Shown here: positions 28,362-39,400 of the stretch, piece by piece | Position numbering within the stretch: position 1 is the first letter of the stretch | Layout of the letters: every line of letters begins with the position of its first letter | From: Rubripirellula sp. | Lineage (GTDB): Bacteria; Planctomycetota; Planctomycetia; Pirellulales; Pirellulaceae | NCBI GenBank assembly: GCA_965216875.1 | Contig: OZ244207.1 | Span: forward strand, 5,312,001-5,376,000 | DNA length: 64,000 nucleotides | Direction: 5' to 3' | Translations under genes and position numbers: made by a program | The notes under the pieces: generated by a model | Database searches by the model: none | What the model was told of the DNA's origin: nothing | What the model saw: only the letters and a program-made list of their open reading frames with translations

Positions 28362-29633
28362 TCAGCTTCCGACCAAATACAGGCGGTCACCGCTGCGGAT
28401 CACAAACCCGGATTCGGTCGGCGCGACTCCGTACAGCACGCGTCCGCCGAATCGGCCGGCATCTTTCGCTGGCGTCCACAACTTGTTTTCGGCAAGTGAC
28501 TTCTTCTCGGCCCCTGAGGCGATCACGAAAGTCGTTCCGGACTTTCCAAAGATGTAGACGCGATCATCCACTCCGATCGGCGTCGCCCAGTTGCTGTCGC
28601 CAACGCGATCGGTGTAGATCGTTTCGCCCGTCTCGACGTCAATGCAAAACAAGACTCCGGCGCGGTTGGTGTAGTACGCGTGACCGCCATGGACGATCGG
28701 CGTACCGAAGGAGCTGGTCGCTTTGTCGTTGCGCCAGAGCACGTTCGTAGTATAAGCGTCGCCCTGTTTGACAACTTCCACAGCCATGTTCGACTGCTTT
28801 GCCATCTCAGCGTTTTCACCATTTCGTCCTGGCGAAGCGCCCACCAGAAACTTGCCATCCCCAAACGGCAACGGCGATGAAACGGTGTTGCCTCCCACTT
28901 CATCGATCGTCCACAGCAGATCGCCGGTCGAAGGATCATAGCCGTCAATACTGCCGCTACTGCTGACAACCACATGAGACTTTCCACCAACATCAAGGAT
29001 CATCGGCGATGACCACGACGTGCGGCTTGACCGATCCACCTTCCAAATCGGTTCTCCATCTTTCTTGTTGAATGCCGCCAGGTAGGAAGGACCTTCGTTG
29101 TCAGCCAAGACGAAGATGCGGTCATCCAGCTGCGCGACCGATCCGCCGAGACCGAAACGTCCGACAAACTTGCCGTAGTCGGAAATCAAATCGCGTTGCC
29201 AGCGAACATCACCGCTGGGCGTCAATGCAATCAGGTTCCCGCTTTCAAAAAAAGCGTAGACACCCTCGGCGTCCGCCACGGGCGTCGGCGCGGCGCGGCT
29301 GGTGTATACATCATTCTTCGCCAGCAAGCTGCTGTCACTTTCGTGCTTCCACAGTTCGTTGCCCGTTTTCAGATCGATCGCGATGACCAGATTCGTTTCT
29401 TTGTTGGGTCCGTCGATCGCCGTCAAATAAATATGGTCGTCAATCTGCACCGGACTCGACTGGCCGTAACCGGTCAAGTCAACTTGCCAGCGTACGCCTT
29501 CCTCTTCCGACCACTGAAGTGGCACATCCGATGGAACGCTTGAACGCAATTGACCTCCCAGGAACGCGGGCCAATCCGCGTGGCTTGAATGGACACCGCA
29601 CAACACGCAAAGACAGCAGAGCCAGCGTTTCAT
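28362..29633 (-). CDS. Secreted PQQ-binding-like beta-propeller (BamB-like) protein
   Basis: Signal peptide ending ADWPAFLGG; W.VDLTGYGQSSPV, AAPTPVAD, SWSSPM and G..LW blade motifs. Confidence 0.88.
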   Translation of the reverse strand: MKRWLCCLCVLCGVHSSHADWPAFLGGQLRSSVPSDVPLQWSEEEGVRWQVDLTGYGQSSPVQIDDHIYLTAIDGPNKETNLVIAIDLKTGNELWKHESDSSLLAKNDVYTSRAAPTPVADAEGVYAFFESGNLIALTPSGDVRWQRDLISDYGKFVGRFGLGGSVAQLDDRIFVLADNEGPSYLAAFNKKDGEPIWKVDRSSRTSWSSPMILDVGGKSHVVVSSSGSIDGYDPSTGDLLWTIDEVGGNTVSSPLPFGDGKFLVGASPGRNGENAEMAKQSNMAVEVVKQGDAYTTNVLWRNDKATSSFGTPIVHGGHAYYTNRAGVLFCIDVETGETIYTDRVGDSNWATPIGVDDRVYIFGKSGTTFVIASGAEKKSLAENKLWTPAKDAGRFGGRVLYGVAPTESGFVIRSGDRLYLVGS

Positions 29634-29761
29634 TTTCTTTTCCTTTCGCGACGAATCGTGCAACACGCATCTAGCATGAGTTTAACGCGGTGGCAAACCT
29701 CATCGTAGTGGACGAGGCAACGAGTCCCTCGCATCTGCTCACTCGCCATTCACCCAAATCC

Positions 29762-31189
29762 CTAGGACTTGATGAGCAATTTCGCGATCGTGCCACGCCG
29801 GAGGCCCTGATGGACCTTCGGTGGATTCCATCGCTCGTTTTTACAGACGCTCGCAGCGGCCATACGTCCGCTGATGACTGCTCCTTCCATGGTGGCGGGC
29901 CAACCTGTCGCAATCCAATCGCCCGCCAAGTGAAAGCAGGGCAGGGCAGTGGACGCCGAGGGCCGCTGTCGTTGGACATTCGGCGAAACGGAAAAGACGG
30001 CGTGCGGATCTAGCACCACTCGACTTCGCAGTAACTTGACGTGCCGCGCCGCAGGAAAGGCCTTCGCAAGATCGCAAACAATCTCTGTCACCAGTTCATC
30101 TCGATCGAGCATCAGGTGTCGTCCCGACGCGCTGATGACGACTTGGTAGTAATACCCGGTCGCATCACCTCGCTGCTGAAACGGCGGACGAAACACCCAT
30201 TGCGCTAGCGAGTCGACAAGCACCACGTGCGCCGCGTCGGTGATCGGTTCATCAAACCAAAGATGGACGCCCATGATGGGTGAGGAATCAATGTCCGCGG
30301 CATGCGCCAAGTCGATCTCATTCACGTTCGCAGTCAGTTTGCCAACCGAGTTCCAAGGAACGGCAGCGATCACATGATCAAAACCGATCGCTTCGTCCGC
30401 CGTATGCACTCTCCCCGCATGCCCCTGCTTCGCCCGTCGCTCAACGTCGATGCCACTGACGCGACACTCGTTTTTCACCTCGACACCAAGCTCCGCTACA
30501 GCCTGACAAAGCTGTTGGCCTACCAATTCGGAAAGAGGAACTTTGGGAACGTACACATCCGAAGCACCGCGTGCGGCGGCAAACCCGTCGATCAACACCT
30601 TTCTCGCCGCCGCCATCGAAACCACTTCCGAGCGTTCACCAAGCGCACTGACCAAAATGACGTCCCAGAACATTCGAATCGTCTCGTCGTCTTGTCCTAT
30701 TTGCTCGAGCCATTGCAAGGCGTTGAGCTCGCAAATCGATTCGCTTGTCGCACGCATCAACTGTTGCATCGCGTAGCGGATGGAATTCCTCTGACCCTTC
30801 GACAAATAGTCCAGCGCGTCGATTGCCTGCGAGAGATGGAAGGGCGCGGGAAGCCACGATGATGGCTCGAACGAACTGACATGGTGCTGTCGCTGAAACA
30901 CCAAAGAAGAAAAGCGAGTGAATGCCTCTGCGAGACCACATCGGTGCATCAGCCGCAAGAAGTTGGTGCAACAACCCATTGCCACATGCTGGCAATAATC
31001 GACCGTCTCGCCAGAGGCGGGATCGGAAAAGGAACCAACGCGACCTCCCACACGACGTTTCGACTCGAGCAGGGTGACCTCGACGCGATCGCCAACGGTT
31101 CGCGCCAAACACTCGGCCGCCGAAAGGCCTGCAAGCCCTCCGCCGACGATCACCACTCGTTTCTTTTTCGCGGATCCATCCGTCGTCAC
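29762..31189 (-). CDS. hpnE: Hydroxysqualene dehydroxylase HpnE (FAD-dependent)
   Basis: VVIVGGGLAGLSAA...GGRVGSF, DYCQHVAMGCCTN, LAGDWIATGWPATMEGAVISG. Overlaps the hpnD stop by 4 bp. Confidence 0.9.
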   Translation of the reverse strand: MTTDGSAKKKRVVIVGGGLAGLSAAECLARTVGDRVEVTLLESKRRVGGRVGSFSDPASGETVDYCQHVAMGCCTNFLRLMHRCGLAEAFTRFSSLVFQRQHHVSSFEPSSWLPAPFHLSQAIDALDYLSKGQRNSIRYAMQQLMRATSESICELNALQWLEQIGQDDETIRMFWDVILVSALGERSEVVSMAAARKVLIDGFAAARGASDVYVPKVPLSELVGQQLCQAVAELGVEVKNECRVSGIDVERRAKQGHAGRVHTADEAIGFDHVIAAVPWNSVGKLTANVNEIDLAHAADIDSSPIMGVHLWFDEPITDAAHVVLVDSLAQWVFRPPFQQRGDATGYYYQVVISASGRHLMLDRDELVTEIVCDLAKAFPAARHVKLLRSRVVLDPHAVFSVSPNVQRQRPSASTALPCFHLAGDWIATGWPATMEGAVISGRMAAASVCKNERWNPPKVHQGLRRGTIAKLLIKS

Positions 31190-32178
31190 GACTCAGCCAA
31201 CCCCATTTCACGTGGAGGCACCGGTAGTCGTCGAAAAAAGGGAGGGACAAAGTGTTGCGAAACCAGCCCCAGACGCTCGCCCGTTGAAAGACTAATGCGC
31301 TTTTGGACCACCAAGCCCGGATCTTCGGCGATGCGTTCGAGCAAGCGACGATACGTTCGCCACATCATGCTGAACATTGGCTGACCATCAGGATGCAACG
31401 AATCCCAAACGTCCCAACCCGAATCAAACAATCTCTTGGCGCGTTCCACTTCGTCCACGATCAAGCAGCGCAAACGATCGTCTGGGCGAGGCTCAAGAAG
31501 ATCGTCCTCGCTCAAACCATGCTGCTCGTAGTGTTGGCGAGGCAAATAGATCCGTCCTCGTGCGGCATCTTCCGAAATGTCGCGCAAGATATTGGTGAGC
31601 TGAAACGCGAGCCCACAATCGACGGCCGGAGCAACGGGAAGGGGTGGCTCGAACTGCCAGATATGTAGACAAGCCAGACCGACCGCCGACGCAACCAGAT
31701 AACAATAGTGTTCGACCTGCTCGTAGGTATCAAAACGAGTCTTTTGCTGATCCGCCAACACGCCGTCGACGATTTCGAGCAGGTAGCGAGATGGGATCTC
31801 GTATTTCTGCGTCGTGTCTTTGAGTGCCGGCAAAATCTCCTTTGCCTTCTGATGCAAATCAATCGGCCCACCAGCGCGCGACTTGGAATCAGCCGCCAAC
31901 GCCCCCTCGGGGAAGACGACGCGTTGCAACGGGCCATCGCCGATCATGTTCATCGCCGTTGTCTGACGCCACCAGTCAAGCCATTGCTTTCGCAAACTTG
32001 CAGGTTCATCACAATCGCCCAAGTCGTCGGTAATCCTGGCGAATGCGTAAAGCGCGCACATTGCCTCACGTTTCGGCCGTGGCAACAACCAAAACGATCG
32101 ATAGAAGTTACTTCCACTGCGCCGCGCGATCCGCCTGGCGCATCGGTAACTTGTCGAAATCGAGATTTCTTCGGCCAT
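31186..32178 (-). CDS. hpnD: Presqualene diphosphate synthase HpnD (phytoene/squalene synthase family)
   Basis: SNFYRSF, LYAFARITDDLGD, YCYLVASAVG, FQLTNILRDISEDAARGRIYLP. Confidence 0.88.
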   Translation of the reverse strand: MAEEISISTSYRCARRIARRSGSNFYRSFWLLPRPKREAMCALYAFARITDDLGDCDEPASLRKQWLDWWRQTTAMNMIGDGPLQRVVFPEGALAADSKSRAGGPIDLHQKAKEILPALKDTTQKYEIPSRYLLEIVDGVLADQQKTRFDTYEQVEHYCYLVASAVGLACLHIWQFEPPLPVAPAVDCGLAFQLTNILRDISEDAARGRIYLPRQHYEQHGLSEDDLLEPRPDDRLRCLIVDEVERAKRLFDSGWDVWDSLHPDGQPMFSMMWRTYRRLLERIAEDPGLVVQKRISLSTGERLGLVSQHFVPPFFRRLPVPPREMGLAES

Positions 32179-32270
32179 ACTTCATGATGATACCCGCCCG
32201 TCCAGGCTCGCGTAGGCCCACCCCGACTCGCACACCAGGCTCGTGCTCTAGGCAAGTGCGATTGGGATCA

Positions 32271-33284
32271 CTAGTGAACACCGGCAGCCGCCTTCACAAC
32301 CATCCATGCCTGGCGCCATTTGCTGACCACCGGGCGCGTCCTCAAAACGTCGTACTCCACTCTGCGAATGGCATTGATTGTCTCGAGACCACCAGCGGCG
32401 AAAAGCTGAATGTCTGACGCGATCCAGTTGGGTACCTTACGCACCAACTCGCTCCCTCGATTCAAGTAATCCTCGGCAAGGTCACACTGGTCGGATAGCA
32501 ATTCGCGAAGCGATTGTGGCGTGGACGTTTGATCGAGCATCGATTCTTCGACACCGAAATGCTGCATGCGATCGAAAGGAAGATAGACGCGTCCGATGGC
32601 AAAATCACGGCGCACATCTTGCCAGAAGTTCGCAAGTTGAAGGCCCGTGCAGAGGTCGTCCGACAGCGCAGCCCGTTTTTCGTCGTAGCATTCCCCCAAC
32701 CTCAATACGATGCGGCCGACAGGGTTGGCTGACCGGCGACAATACGCAAGCAATTCATCCATGTTTGCATATCGATTCTTGACTTGGTCCTGGCGAAAAG
32801 CATCAAGTAAGTCATCAAAGGGTTCTCGCGGAAGCCGGAATTGGCGCACCGTCTTGGCCAGCGCCAAGAAGACGTTTTCGGCGTCCGCGGTGCCGTTTCC
32901 GGGTTTTTCGGTCCGGGATTGGGCGTCGCCATCCCCACTCGCGGAGTAGGCTAGGTCGCTTGATCCGCCATAAAGGGCGTCTAGCCGCGATTGAAAGTCA
33001 GCCAGACCATCCAACGCGATCTGAGGATCGGGGGACTCGTCGGCCAAGTCGTCTGCCATTCGGCAAAAGGCATAAACATTGTAAAATGGTTGCTTCAACC
33101 TTCGAGGAAGAAGGACGGTGGCAACCAGAAAGTTCTCGTAGTGACTGCGTGCCAAGCGTCGCGTAAAACGTTCCGCAGCCACCACGGCATGGCGGTCGGT
33201 GGCAACCTGTCGATCACGTTGGGTATGGCGGTTGACCAATTCACCTTGGTTGCGGTTATCGTCCAATGGACGCGGATCACGCAT
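32271..33284 (-). CDS. hpnC: Squalene synthase HpnC
   Basis: HYENFLVAT, YAFCRMADDLADE, AFRQDQ, YCRRSANPVGR, LQLANFWQDV. Confidence 0.9.
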   Translation of the reverse strand: MRDPRPLDDNRNQGELVNRHTQRDRQVATDRHAVVAAERFTRRLARSHYENFLVATVLLPRRLKQPFYNVYAFCRMADDLADESPDPQIALDGLADFQSRLDALYGGSSDLAYSASGDGDAQSRTEKPGNGTADAENVFLALAKTVRQFRLPREPFDDLLDAFRQDQVKNRYANMDELLAYCRRSANPVGRIVLRLGECYDEKRAALSDDLCTGLQLANFWQDVRRDFAIGRVYLPFDRMQHFGVEESMLDQTSTPQSLRELLSDQCDLAEDYLNRGSELVRKVPNWIASDIQLFAAGGLETINAIRRVEYDVLRTRPVVSKWRQAWMVVKAAAGVH

Positions 33285-33318
33285 TTATCAAATCTAACGT
33301 CGGTATTTTGGAACTGGA

Positions 33319-34272
33319 ATGAAAATCATCTTGGCCGCACCGCGTGGTTTTTGTGCTGGTGTCAACATGGCGATCGACTCGCTTGACCTGACGCTCCAAA
33401 AATTCGGCCCGCCGGTCTACGTTTACCACGAGATCGTGCACAACCAATATGTGGTCAAACGGTTCAAAGAAAAAGGCGCTGTCTTTGTCGACCATATCGA
33501 AGAGGTCCCCGAAGGCAGCGTGTTGCTGTTCAGTGCCCACGGCGTTTCGCCTGAGATCCGCAATGCCGCACGCGCCCGCAACCTCAACGCGCTCGATGCG
33601 ACTTGTCCACTGGTCACCAAAGTTCACCTCGAGGCCATCAAGTACGCTAAGGCAGGTTACACGATCATCTTGATCGGACACGAAGGCCACGACGAAGTCA
33701 TCGGCACGATGGGCGAAGCCCCCGAAGCGATCGTGCTTGTTGAAGACGAAGAGGGCGTTGACCAACTTGAGATTGCGGACGAATCGAAACTCGCTTACTT
33801 GACCCAAACCACTTTAAGCGTGGATGACGCCAACCGCATCATCAAACGATTGCGTGCTCGATTCCCCAATATCGAAAGCCCGCCTAAAGAAGACATTTGC
33901 TACGCCACCCAAAATCGCCAGGAAGCCGTCCGCGTCCTGAGTGAAAAGGCGGATATCGTTGTTGTGCTTGGCAGCCAAAACAGCAGCAACTCACAACGGC
34001 TACGTGAGCTTGCCGAGATCGAAGGCCGTCGAGCGTTTCTTGCCGACGGCCCGCAAGACTTGAACGTCAATGACTTTGCCGATGCCGACACCGTCCTGAT
34101 CACCGCCGGCGCAAGCGCCCCCGAATCGGTCGTTCAAGAAACGGTCAATTGGCTCGCCGAACAATTCGACGCATCGGTGGAACTGGAACAGATCCGCGAA
34201 GAATCGGTGCAGTTTCCTCTCCCCAAACCGCTTCGCGCCTTTGCGGCCGAAGCCAAGTCGGCTTCGAATTGA
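33319..34272 (+). CDS. ispH: 4-hydroxy-3-methylbut-2-enyl diphosphate reductase
   Basis: APRGFCAGV, IVHN, FSAHG, DATCPLV, TQTTLS, DICYATQNRQ, NSSNS, TAGASAPE. Confidence 0.97.
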   Translation: MKIILAAPRGFCAGVNMAIDSLDLTLQKFGPPVYVYHEIVHNQYVVKRFKEKGAVFVDHIEEVPEGSVLLFSAHGVSPEIRNAARARNLNALDATCPLVTKVHLEAIKYAKAGYTIILIGHEGHDEVIGTMGEAPEAIVLVEDEEGVDQLEIADESKLAYLTQTTLSVDDANRIIKRLRARFPNIESPPKEDICYATQNRQEAVRVLSEKADIVVVLGSQNSSNSQRLRELAEIEGRRAFLADGPQDLNVNDFADADTVLITAGASAPESVVQETVNWLAEQFDASVELEQIREESVQFPLPKPLRAFAAEAKSASN

Positions 34273-34316
34273 CGCGGCCCAACACGGCAAACGGCAGATC
34301 CCTTACGCCGGCACGC

Positions 34317-35810
34317 TCACAGCCCAAAGGGTTTTAAGGCGGTTGCAAACTCTTCTGCTGATCGAAAACGTCGCGCTGGAGCGGGATGCAATGCTCGCTG
34401 AATCTCCGCAGCAAGTTCTGCTGTCACGTTCGGATTGAGTTCATCCGCCGACGTCGGTAACTCTCGCATCCGCTTATGAATCGTCTCGGCTGGCGACGCA
34501 GCGTGATGCGGAATCTTTCCCGTCAGGATTCGGTAAAGGCAGACGCCAACAGCGTACACGTCGCAATCCGGTTCGGCATACTTGCTATCCGCCAATTGTT
34601 CTGGCGACATAAAGGCAATGGTCCCACACACCGCATCGCTCGCCGTCATACCGGAAAAGCCAGCCGTTTCAAAAAACTTGGCAAGTCCAAAGTCGGCCAG
34701 TTTGACGAACAATCGACTTTGATGAATGCCCGCCAAAACATTGGCAAGTTTGACGTCGCGATGAATGATCCCCATGTCGTGGGCGTGAGAAAGGGCGGCC
34801 AACATTTTTCCTGCGATGCCAACACACAACCGCACCTGCTTGTGCGCTGGCTGCTGTGCAACCAGTGCATCGATATCTGCCGCTTCGACGTATTCAAGAA
34901 TCAAATAGGGTCGATCCTCGGCAATGCCAAACCCATGATACGAAACAATGTTCGGGTGTTTGAGCTGAGAAACGATCGAGATCTCGCGCATAAAAAGCGA
35001 CTTCACTTTTTCAGCCCGTGCGCCGCCAGGGAGGATCGACTTGATCGCAAACCGCTTATTCGTTCCTTTTTGAATGGCGTCGTAGACCACCCCAAAACTT
35101 CCTTGACCAAGCTTCTGGCGGATCTCGAATCCTTCCACCTCAAGCTCTTCGTCATGCTGGGCACCTCGAGTTGTCGGAAGCGGTCTTTCCGACTGCCGAA
35201 ATCCAAAGGTAACCCCTTCGATTTCAAAGGAGCTCGCGGGGTCAACCTGCGACATTTCAACTGGTTGGCCCGCAACAGAAAGTGACGCAGGCGAACTCAA
35301 ATTCACAACAACGAATCGGTCATGTTCGAGAATCAAACAAACATGACGCTGATCGACTTGCGAAGCTTTGATGGGAACATCGACCTCTTGGGAGCGACCA
35401 ACCACGTATTGGCCTGGAATCGCCAAACAATGGGATTCAACTTGGCCATCATGTTTGACAATCAAATGAACCGAATCGCGATCGACCTGGACAACCGTTT
35501 CGCCTGGGGGCGCCGCAACGATATCGCCGCGCGCAACATCCACCGTTCCTGAAAACCGGTCGATGACCCAGGCGTAGTTTGGACACGACGCAAGCACTCG
35601 ATCGAGCACCGTCGAATCACCATCCAATTCGGCGTGCAGCTTCAAGAGCTCAAACAACAACACCGGCCGCTCCTGTTCCGATACCATGTCCAAAACGCTT
35701 GCAGGATCACATGCATCCGTTGAACGCATCTGAGACTCATAGTCGCGGCACACTCCATCGATGCGCTGCTGGGCGTCAATCGACAGCTGACTGATATCCA
35801 AGTCCATCAT
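34317..35810 (-). CDS. Cytoplasmic Ser/Thr protein kinase with N-terminal helical domain and FHA-like domain
   Basis: GQGSFG, AIK, HRDVKLAN, DFG, GTIAFMSPEQ; VVGRS FHA-like segment; no obvious TM helix. Confidence 0.9.
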   Translation of the reverse strand: MMDLDISQLSIDAQQRIDGVCRDYESQMRSTDACDPASVLDMVSEQERPVLLFELLKLHAELDGDSTVLDRVLASCPNYAWVIDRFSGTVDVARGDIVAAPPGETVVQVDRDSVHLIVKHDGQVESHCLAIPGQYVVGRSQEVDVPIKASQVDQRHVCLILEHDRFVVVNLSSPASLSVAGQPVEMSQVDPASSFEIEGVTFGFRQSERPLPTTRGAQHDEELEVEGFEIRQKLGQGSFGVVYDAIQKGTNKRFAIKSILPGGARAEKVKSLFMREISIVSQLKHPNIVSYHGFGIAEDRPYLILEYVEAADIDALVAQQPAHKQVRLCVGIAGKMLAALSHAHDMGIIHRDVKLANVLAGIHQSRLFVKLADFGLAKFFETAGFSGMTASDAVCGTIAFMSPEQLADSKYAEPDCDVYAVGVCLYRILTGKIPHHAASPAETIHKRMRELPTSADELNPNVTAELAAEIQRALHPAPARRFRSAEEFATALKPFGL

Positions 35811-35875
35811 GTTTCATTCTTTGTTCGCATTTGCTTGAGCTTGATAGCCTCTGTTCCATCCCAACGCAGTTCTCG

Positions 35876-36436
35876 ATGTCCGACGAAACGCAATCGCACT
35901 TTGAACAAAGAGTCTACCGAGAATATTTCGATTCGCTCGTGCGACTGGCCAATGCCCGGATCGGCGACCAGCACCGGCGGGATGCTGACGGCGAGGACAT
36001 TGCGATATCGGCACTGGCAAGCTTTTTTGATCGCTACGGCGACCAGTCGCGTTGGAAACTCGAGGATCCTCAATCGCTTTGGGCGATCGTTGCAACCATC
36101 GCACATCGCAAAGCTCTCAATCATGTTCGAAAAAAAACCCAATTAAAGCGTGGGCTCGGCAAAACACGCGGTGACTCTGTCTTTGGCTCCGAAGCCCAGG
36201 GACTCAACATGACTCCCGCCCCCGAGGCGCCACCAAACGAGCTCGTCGCTTCGATCGAAACGGTGCAGTCCCTGCTCGCAGAGCTGCCAGAAGAACTCGC
36301 CTTCATCGCCGCCCGCAAACTCGAGGGTTTCACCAATGCCGAAATCTCACAACAGCTCGATTGTTCGGTCGCCACGGTGGAACGCCGACTCAAGATGATC
36401 CGCTCACAATGGGAATCGGCGACCGAGCCATCGTGA
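35876..36436 (+). CDS. ECF-type RNA polymerase sigma factor (kinase-associated planctomycete type)
   Basis: YFDSLVRLA, DGEDIAISALASFF, LWAIVATIA.RKA, RKLEGFTNAEISQQLDCSVATVERRL. Start moved to ATG 35876. Confidence 0.9.
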   Translation: MSDETQSHFEQRVYREYFDSLVRLANARIGDQHRRDADGEDIAISALASFFDRYGDQSRWKLEDPQSLWAIVATIAHRKALNHVRKKTQLKRGLGKTRGDSVFGSEAQGLNMTPAPEAPPNELVASIETVQSLLAELPEELAFIAARKLEGFTNAEISQQLDCSVATVERRLKMIRSQWESATEPS

Positions 36437-36440
36437 TCAA

Positions 36441-39400
36441 TCAACGTGGTTGTGGAACGGGTACCGGAACGGGCGCTGGTGGCGCTGCAGGGCGGTCGAC
36501 CTTCGCTGGAACTGGTGCAACATGCTGAGGCTCTTCACTCGGCAGAACCGTCTTGGCGTCTTTTTTTGCCCGCCAAGCGTGCTGCTTGCCCCAAAGTTGC
36601 TTGTCGGTCACCAACAAGAAATCCAATGGGTGCTGAACCTTGGTGCTCCAGTTTTTCTTGTCGAACAGCCCGATGTCACCTGGAACTCGAAACACGCCGG
36701 TTGCTTCGGGCATCACTCCGACAAGACGAAATTTGAGTTCTCCTTCACCACCCACGGCCGTGTAGCCTGGTCGAGACTGAGTATCAAAATGCTGCGTCAT
36801 CGAATGGTTGTTGCGGAGCCACTCTTTCGTTTTCTCGGAGTAGAGCGACGTAGAGTTCAGTCGAATGTTCGCGGCGAACTTCGTGGGGACAGACGTTTCG
36901 TGATGAACGGTAAAGTCAATCGCAAAGTTCTCGCCTGGTTCGGCGTAAACGAGCACGGTATCGGGTGAAATCACTTCAAGGTTTCCGCGCAGATTCGTTA
37001 CCGAAACAGAGTTCGTCTCGGAAGCGGGGTCCGATTCGGTGGATGGCGGTGGGCCACAGGCGGAAACGGCAAGTCGTTTCAGCATGCCAGCGTTTCGCAG
37101 TGGCAGCGAGTCGCGGCGTTCGTCGCGTCTTGCGTTGTGATCCCAAACAACGACATGATTGACCGGCAGCGGCCGCCACTCGTTTCCTTGTTGATAGACA
37201 TGTGCATTGGCAATACAAAACACCCGACCTTCACTCACCCGAGGCTGATCACTTGGTTGACCTCGAAGGAATCTGTCCAAGGCCCCATGATTGTGAAGCG
37301 GAAAAACATCGTCGCTGCCTGCGACCGCCGTGGTGATCAATCCGGGCAAGACCCAATTCTGGGACGCCGCCACCTCGACCGGTAACTCGTGCGGCGTTTG
37401 ACCTCCAGATAACATCGCCGCGATCTCCTTTGTCGACCAAGCGACTGCCAAGACCTGCTGGTGATGTTTCCCGCGTTCACTTAGCGGTTCTCCGTCCGCA
37501 TTCTCTTGAATGGCAACAAGCGATTGACCATCGACTGAGAAGTGGGCGTGCGTCCACTCTTTCGGCAAATAGGTTTTGTCCAGCGGGTTGTGAATCGACG
37601 CAATCGCCGTGCGCCCACTTTGATGTCCAAAAACGATCAACTGTCCATCGGGGCTGATGCTCACATCGTTCGGGTCGGCGCTCTTGATACGTGTCGCCTT
37701 GATCGCGTTGTCCGAAGATTGCAGCACATAGCACTGACCCTGATCATCGACAACGATCGTGGCTGAATCTGGTTGTCGGCTCGTCGCGATTCTGACGACC
37801 GGCCCGATTCCGTCGAGCGTCGCAACGCGTTGGCCCGTTCTTGGATCAAAGACCAACAATCGGTCGACTTCGGCTTCGTCCGCCGCGTCAGCGTCTGCCG
37901 GTTGTGCGTCAGGGTTTGCCAGTTGTGACTGAGCGACCGGCACCGGCGCTGGCGGTGCCGCGCCAACCGGCGGCGGGGGAATGACGCCAGGCGCGGGAGC
38001 AGCAGGCATCGGAACGGCCTCGGCAAGTAAGGTTGGTCCTCCCACGCATGCGATCCCGACCATCAAATTTCCCGTCGTTGGATCGAACGCGATGTCACCT
38101 GCCGAAGAATCATCAAGGGGAATGGTGTTGACGAGTTCGCCTGTTGCCGTGTCCCAAATGTCAATTCGATTGCAGCCACATGTCCCGCAACTCAGGTTCT
38201 TGCCGGCTGCGGCAACCAATGCTCCGTCGCTCGATGTGGCAACCATTTGGTAAAGGCATTCACTTCCCACAAGCTCTTTGGGCTCCGAGGGAATCTCGGC
38301 GCTGACCACATACACCCCAACGTCACTGCCGACTGCGACACCCGCCCCGTGAGGCAAGAAAATCGCCGGCATCTTTGCAAATGGAATTTGGCTTGCCGCG
38401 AGTTTATTCACAGTGCGTGTTCTCGTTTCGGCAACCCAATGGGTGCGGCTGATTTGTCGCGTTCGCGTTTCCACCCGCGTCTTGGTCACTGGCACCGTCT
38501 TCGTTTTCCGTACCGTTCTTAGCGCCTCAAACGCGATGGTGAGAACCACGAGGCTTTGCGGCTCGTCGAATGTCTTTAAGGAGACCGGCTCTTTCATGGC
38601 TTTGTCAGAATACAAGCGAATGAGGCCTTGTTGATCGCGGCGCATGTACACGCCCGCATCCATCACATCTTGGGAAATCAGACGAACCCCATCTGCGGTG
38701 TCGATCTTCGTGACCCTGGCCGCCTCTTTACTGTCTAGCTGGTCCGTTCGTAGCGTGTCCCGCTCCTGGGCAAGTTGCCGCGCCGCGATCAGCTCTGTCT
38801 CGATGTATGCAATCTGTTCTTCAACTGTTTGCCGGACCTCCTCGGTGTAGGGAACACAAACGGTGTAGGTCTGTTCTTGCGTCCGCTGGGTAGGAACCGC
38901 AACGGTATACGATTCTTCCCACGGCCCCTGTCGCGCGGCGCTGGCGGGGTACCTGTCATCAAGCCACAAACGCTCGCCGGTTTCTGCATCGTGGATCTGA
39001 TACCCGTCGGCAACAGGCGTGAGAACACGACCGAGCTCCTCATCGATATCGACATAGGAATAAGCGACACCCGTTTCGGCGACGTCGTACAACGTTTCCT
39101 GGTCGTTGAGTGACCAACACCTCAATTGGCTTTGAAAGGGAAGATTCCTCAACCAAGCGTCCTCGACGCAAGGTTCCGCAAGGGCGGCGATCAGCTTCGT
39201 CGAGGTGGCGTCGACATCGATCGCGATCAATCCGTCGGTCTCAAATTCGGCAATGCGATCACCCGTATCGGGCGAATAGAGCCCAACACTTGCGTCGACT
39301 TGGGCGATCACGATTCCGCCAGGAACCTCACATGCGTCGGTCACCCAGGACGAGACTGGAATCTCACGCAAGACCGTACCATCCATTGAATTGACGATCG

